64,000 nt of DNA from the NCBI GenBank assembly GCA_051362555.1, contig CM120645.1, positions 20,026,001-20,090,000 of the forward strand. The letters run 5' to 3'. Below the pieces are notes generated by a model. It did not search any database. It was given only the letters and a program-made list of their open reading frames with translations, and was not told the DNA's origin. This stretch comes from Lingula anatina (taxonomy: Eukaryota > Animalia > Brachiopoda). Position numbers and translations under genes: made by a program. Positions 62,764-64,000 of this stretch are shown here, one piece after another (position 1 is the stretch's first letter; every line of letters begins with the position of its first letter).

Positions 62764-64000
62764 TCTTAACACTAGCACACCAAGGTACATTTGGACACAC
62801 GTCCAAACACCACAACTTCATTTCAGGGGTATTCTTATTTAGCAAAAACGCTCGGAATCACCCAATGTCCAACACCGTCACGCTCACTGTTGTTCCATCT
62901 GGCACACTCTGCAGAATTGCTCACAGTTTTGACAAATTTATAAAACTATAATCACCTATCTTAGACGCGTAGTTGTCTGGTTCTATTTGTACATTGTATG
63001 TAGAGAAAAAACCCAATGTATGAAGGTCTAAAGTATTTTTACATTCCCGATGTAACTGTAGATCAGTCGATGGATGACGTTTATCTAAAATAAAATGTCA
63101 GAATTTATTTTGTTGTTCTGTTTACTAACAAGAGAAAACGGTTTATTAGCGTGCATATATTAATGTTTATTGCTCCCACCGAGTGCAATTCACTTGTGTT
63201 AGCGGCGACATCTTCGCAACTCTTGATATCCTATCCATTGTGTTTAATCTCGCATAACACGATTTGTAATGGTCTTTCTAGATCTTTCGTTGAACTTGAA
63301 TGCATTTACATAATAAATACCAAACATTTCTGATTACTAAACGGCACATTAGTACTTTTACAACTTATCTTATGCATTGATATACATAGAGTTAAAATGT
63401 TTGTTTTGGAATTTAAAAAATGCATGAAAAGTATACTTGAAAGAAATCTCAAAATGGCACTATTTGGCTGCTTGCAAATGAAAATTTGCTCTCCAATGGG
63501 TAATGCAACATGTCGTCCTGGAAACAGTTTTGTGTAAACGTCAATATCAATATTTACAAAAACAAGCTGCAAGAAAAACAAGTCTCTGGCAATCAAATCC
63601 TTCCACCTTTCAACAATTTTCGCCGTATGTTATCTCACAGGTTTACATAAATAATCTACCGACATACAACTCTTGTTTCCAGACGTTTATCTTTCAGCAT
63701 TCATTTAACAACTAGTCCCTTCCTATCTTTGGAAAAAGTAAGTGACCATTGGAACCGATTTGAGAGTTATCAGCATATACAGTAACCGAAGACCTGTCCT
63801 AATTCTCAACAGTATTTGTTACAGTGAAAAAGAAAATTACTAATCGTTTTCTTGACATTTATTGATACAAATGATCACGGTTTCATTTAACTGGTCTTCA
63901 ATCCAATATAATGCACAATCAGCGTATAAAACAAATCAATGGCTGTTTGCCAATTACACAAAAATTGAACCTGAACCCGAAGACCCAAGTGTTCACAATT

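Overview
Eukaryotic genomic DNA, AT-rich with GT-AG introns, from an invertebrate bilaterian (probably a lophotrochozoan such as a mollusc; this is inferred from the repeat landscape and not proven). All resolved genes are on the + strand. In order: the probable last exon of an unidentified gene (~1.4 kb); a 34-bp minisatellite; two tandem 5-exon C-factor/CsgA/sniffer-like short-chain dehydrogenase paralogues (248 aa each); a PNPLA8/iPLA2-gamma-like patatin phospholipase (7 coding exons, ~599 aa); and a ~39-kb L1-family cell adhesion gene (neuroglian/NrCAM/L1CAM-like; signal peptide, 6 Ig, 5 FN3, TM, FIGQY tail, ~1274 aa from 23 core exons). Several non-autonomous DNA transposons (MITE/HINE types) lie in introns and intergenic DNA. 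The most interesting signal is a set of frame-preserving microexons in the L1 gene that the ORF track does not show: 33 nt between the signal peptide and Ig1, and 24, 12 and possibly 39 nt after the cytoplasmic FGEY motif. These sit where vertebrate L1CAM has its neuron-specific exons 2 and 27, amid many TGCATG motifs. The same gene has tandemly duplicated splice acceptors, a DR5 nuclear-receptor-site cluster and a 1-kb fold-back element with IS3EU-like ends. There is no CRISPR array or prokaryotic system. All gene models were built by hand from splice signals and reading-frame continuity, without transcript data.
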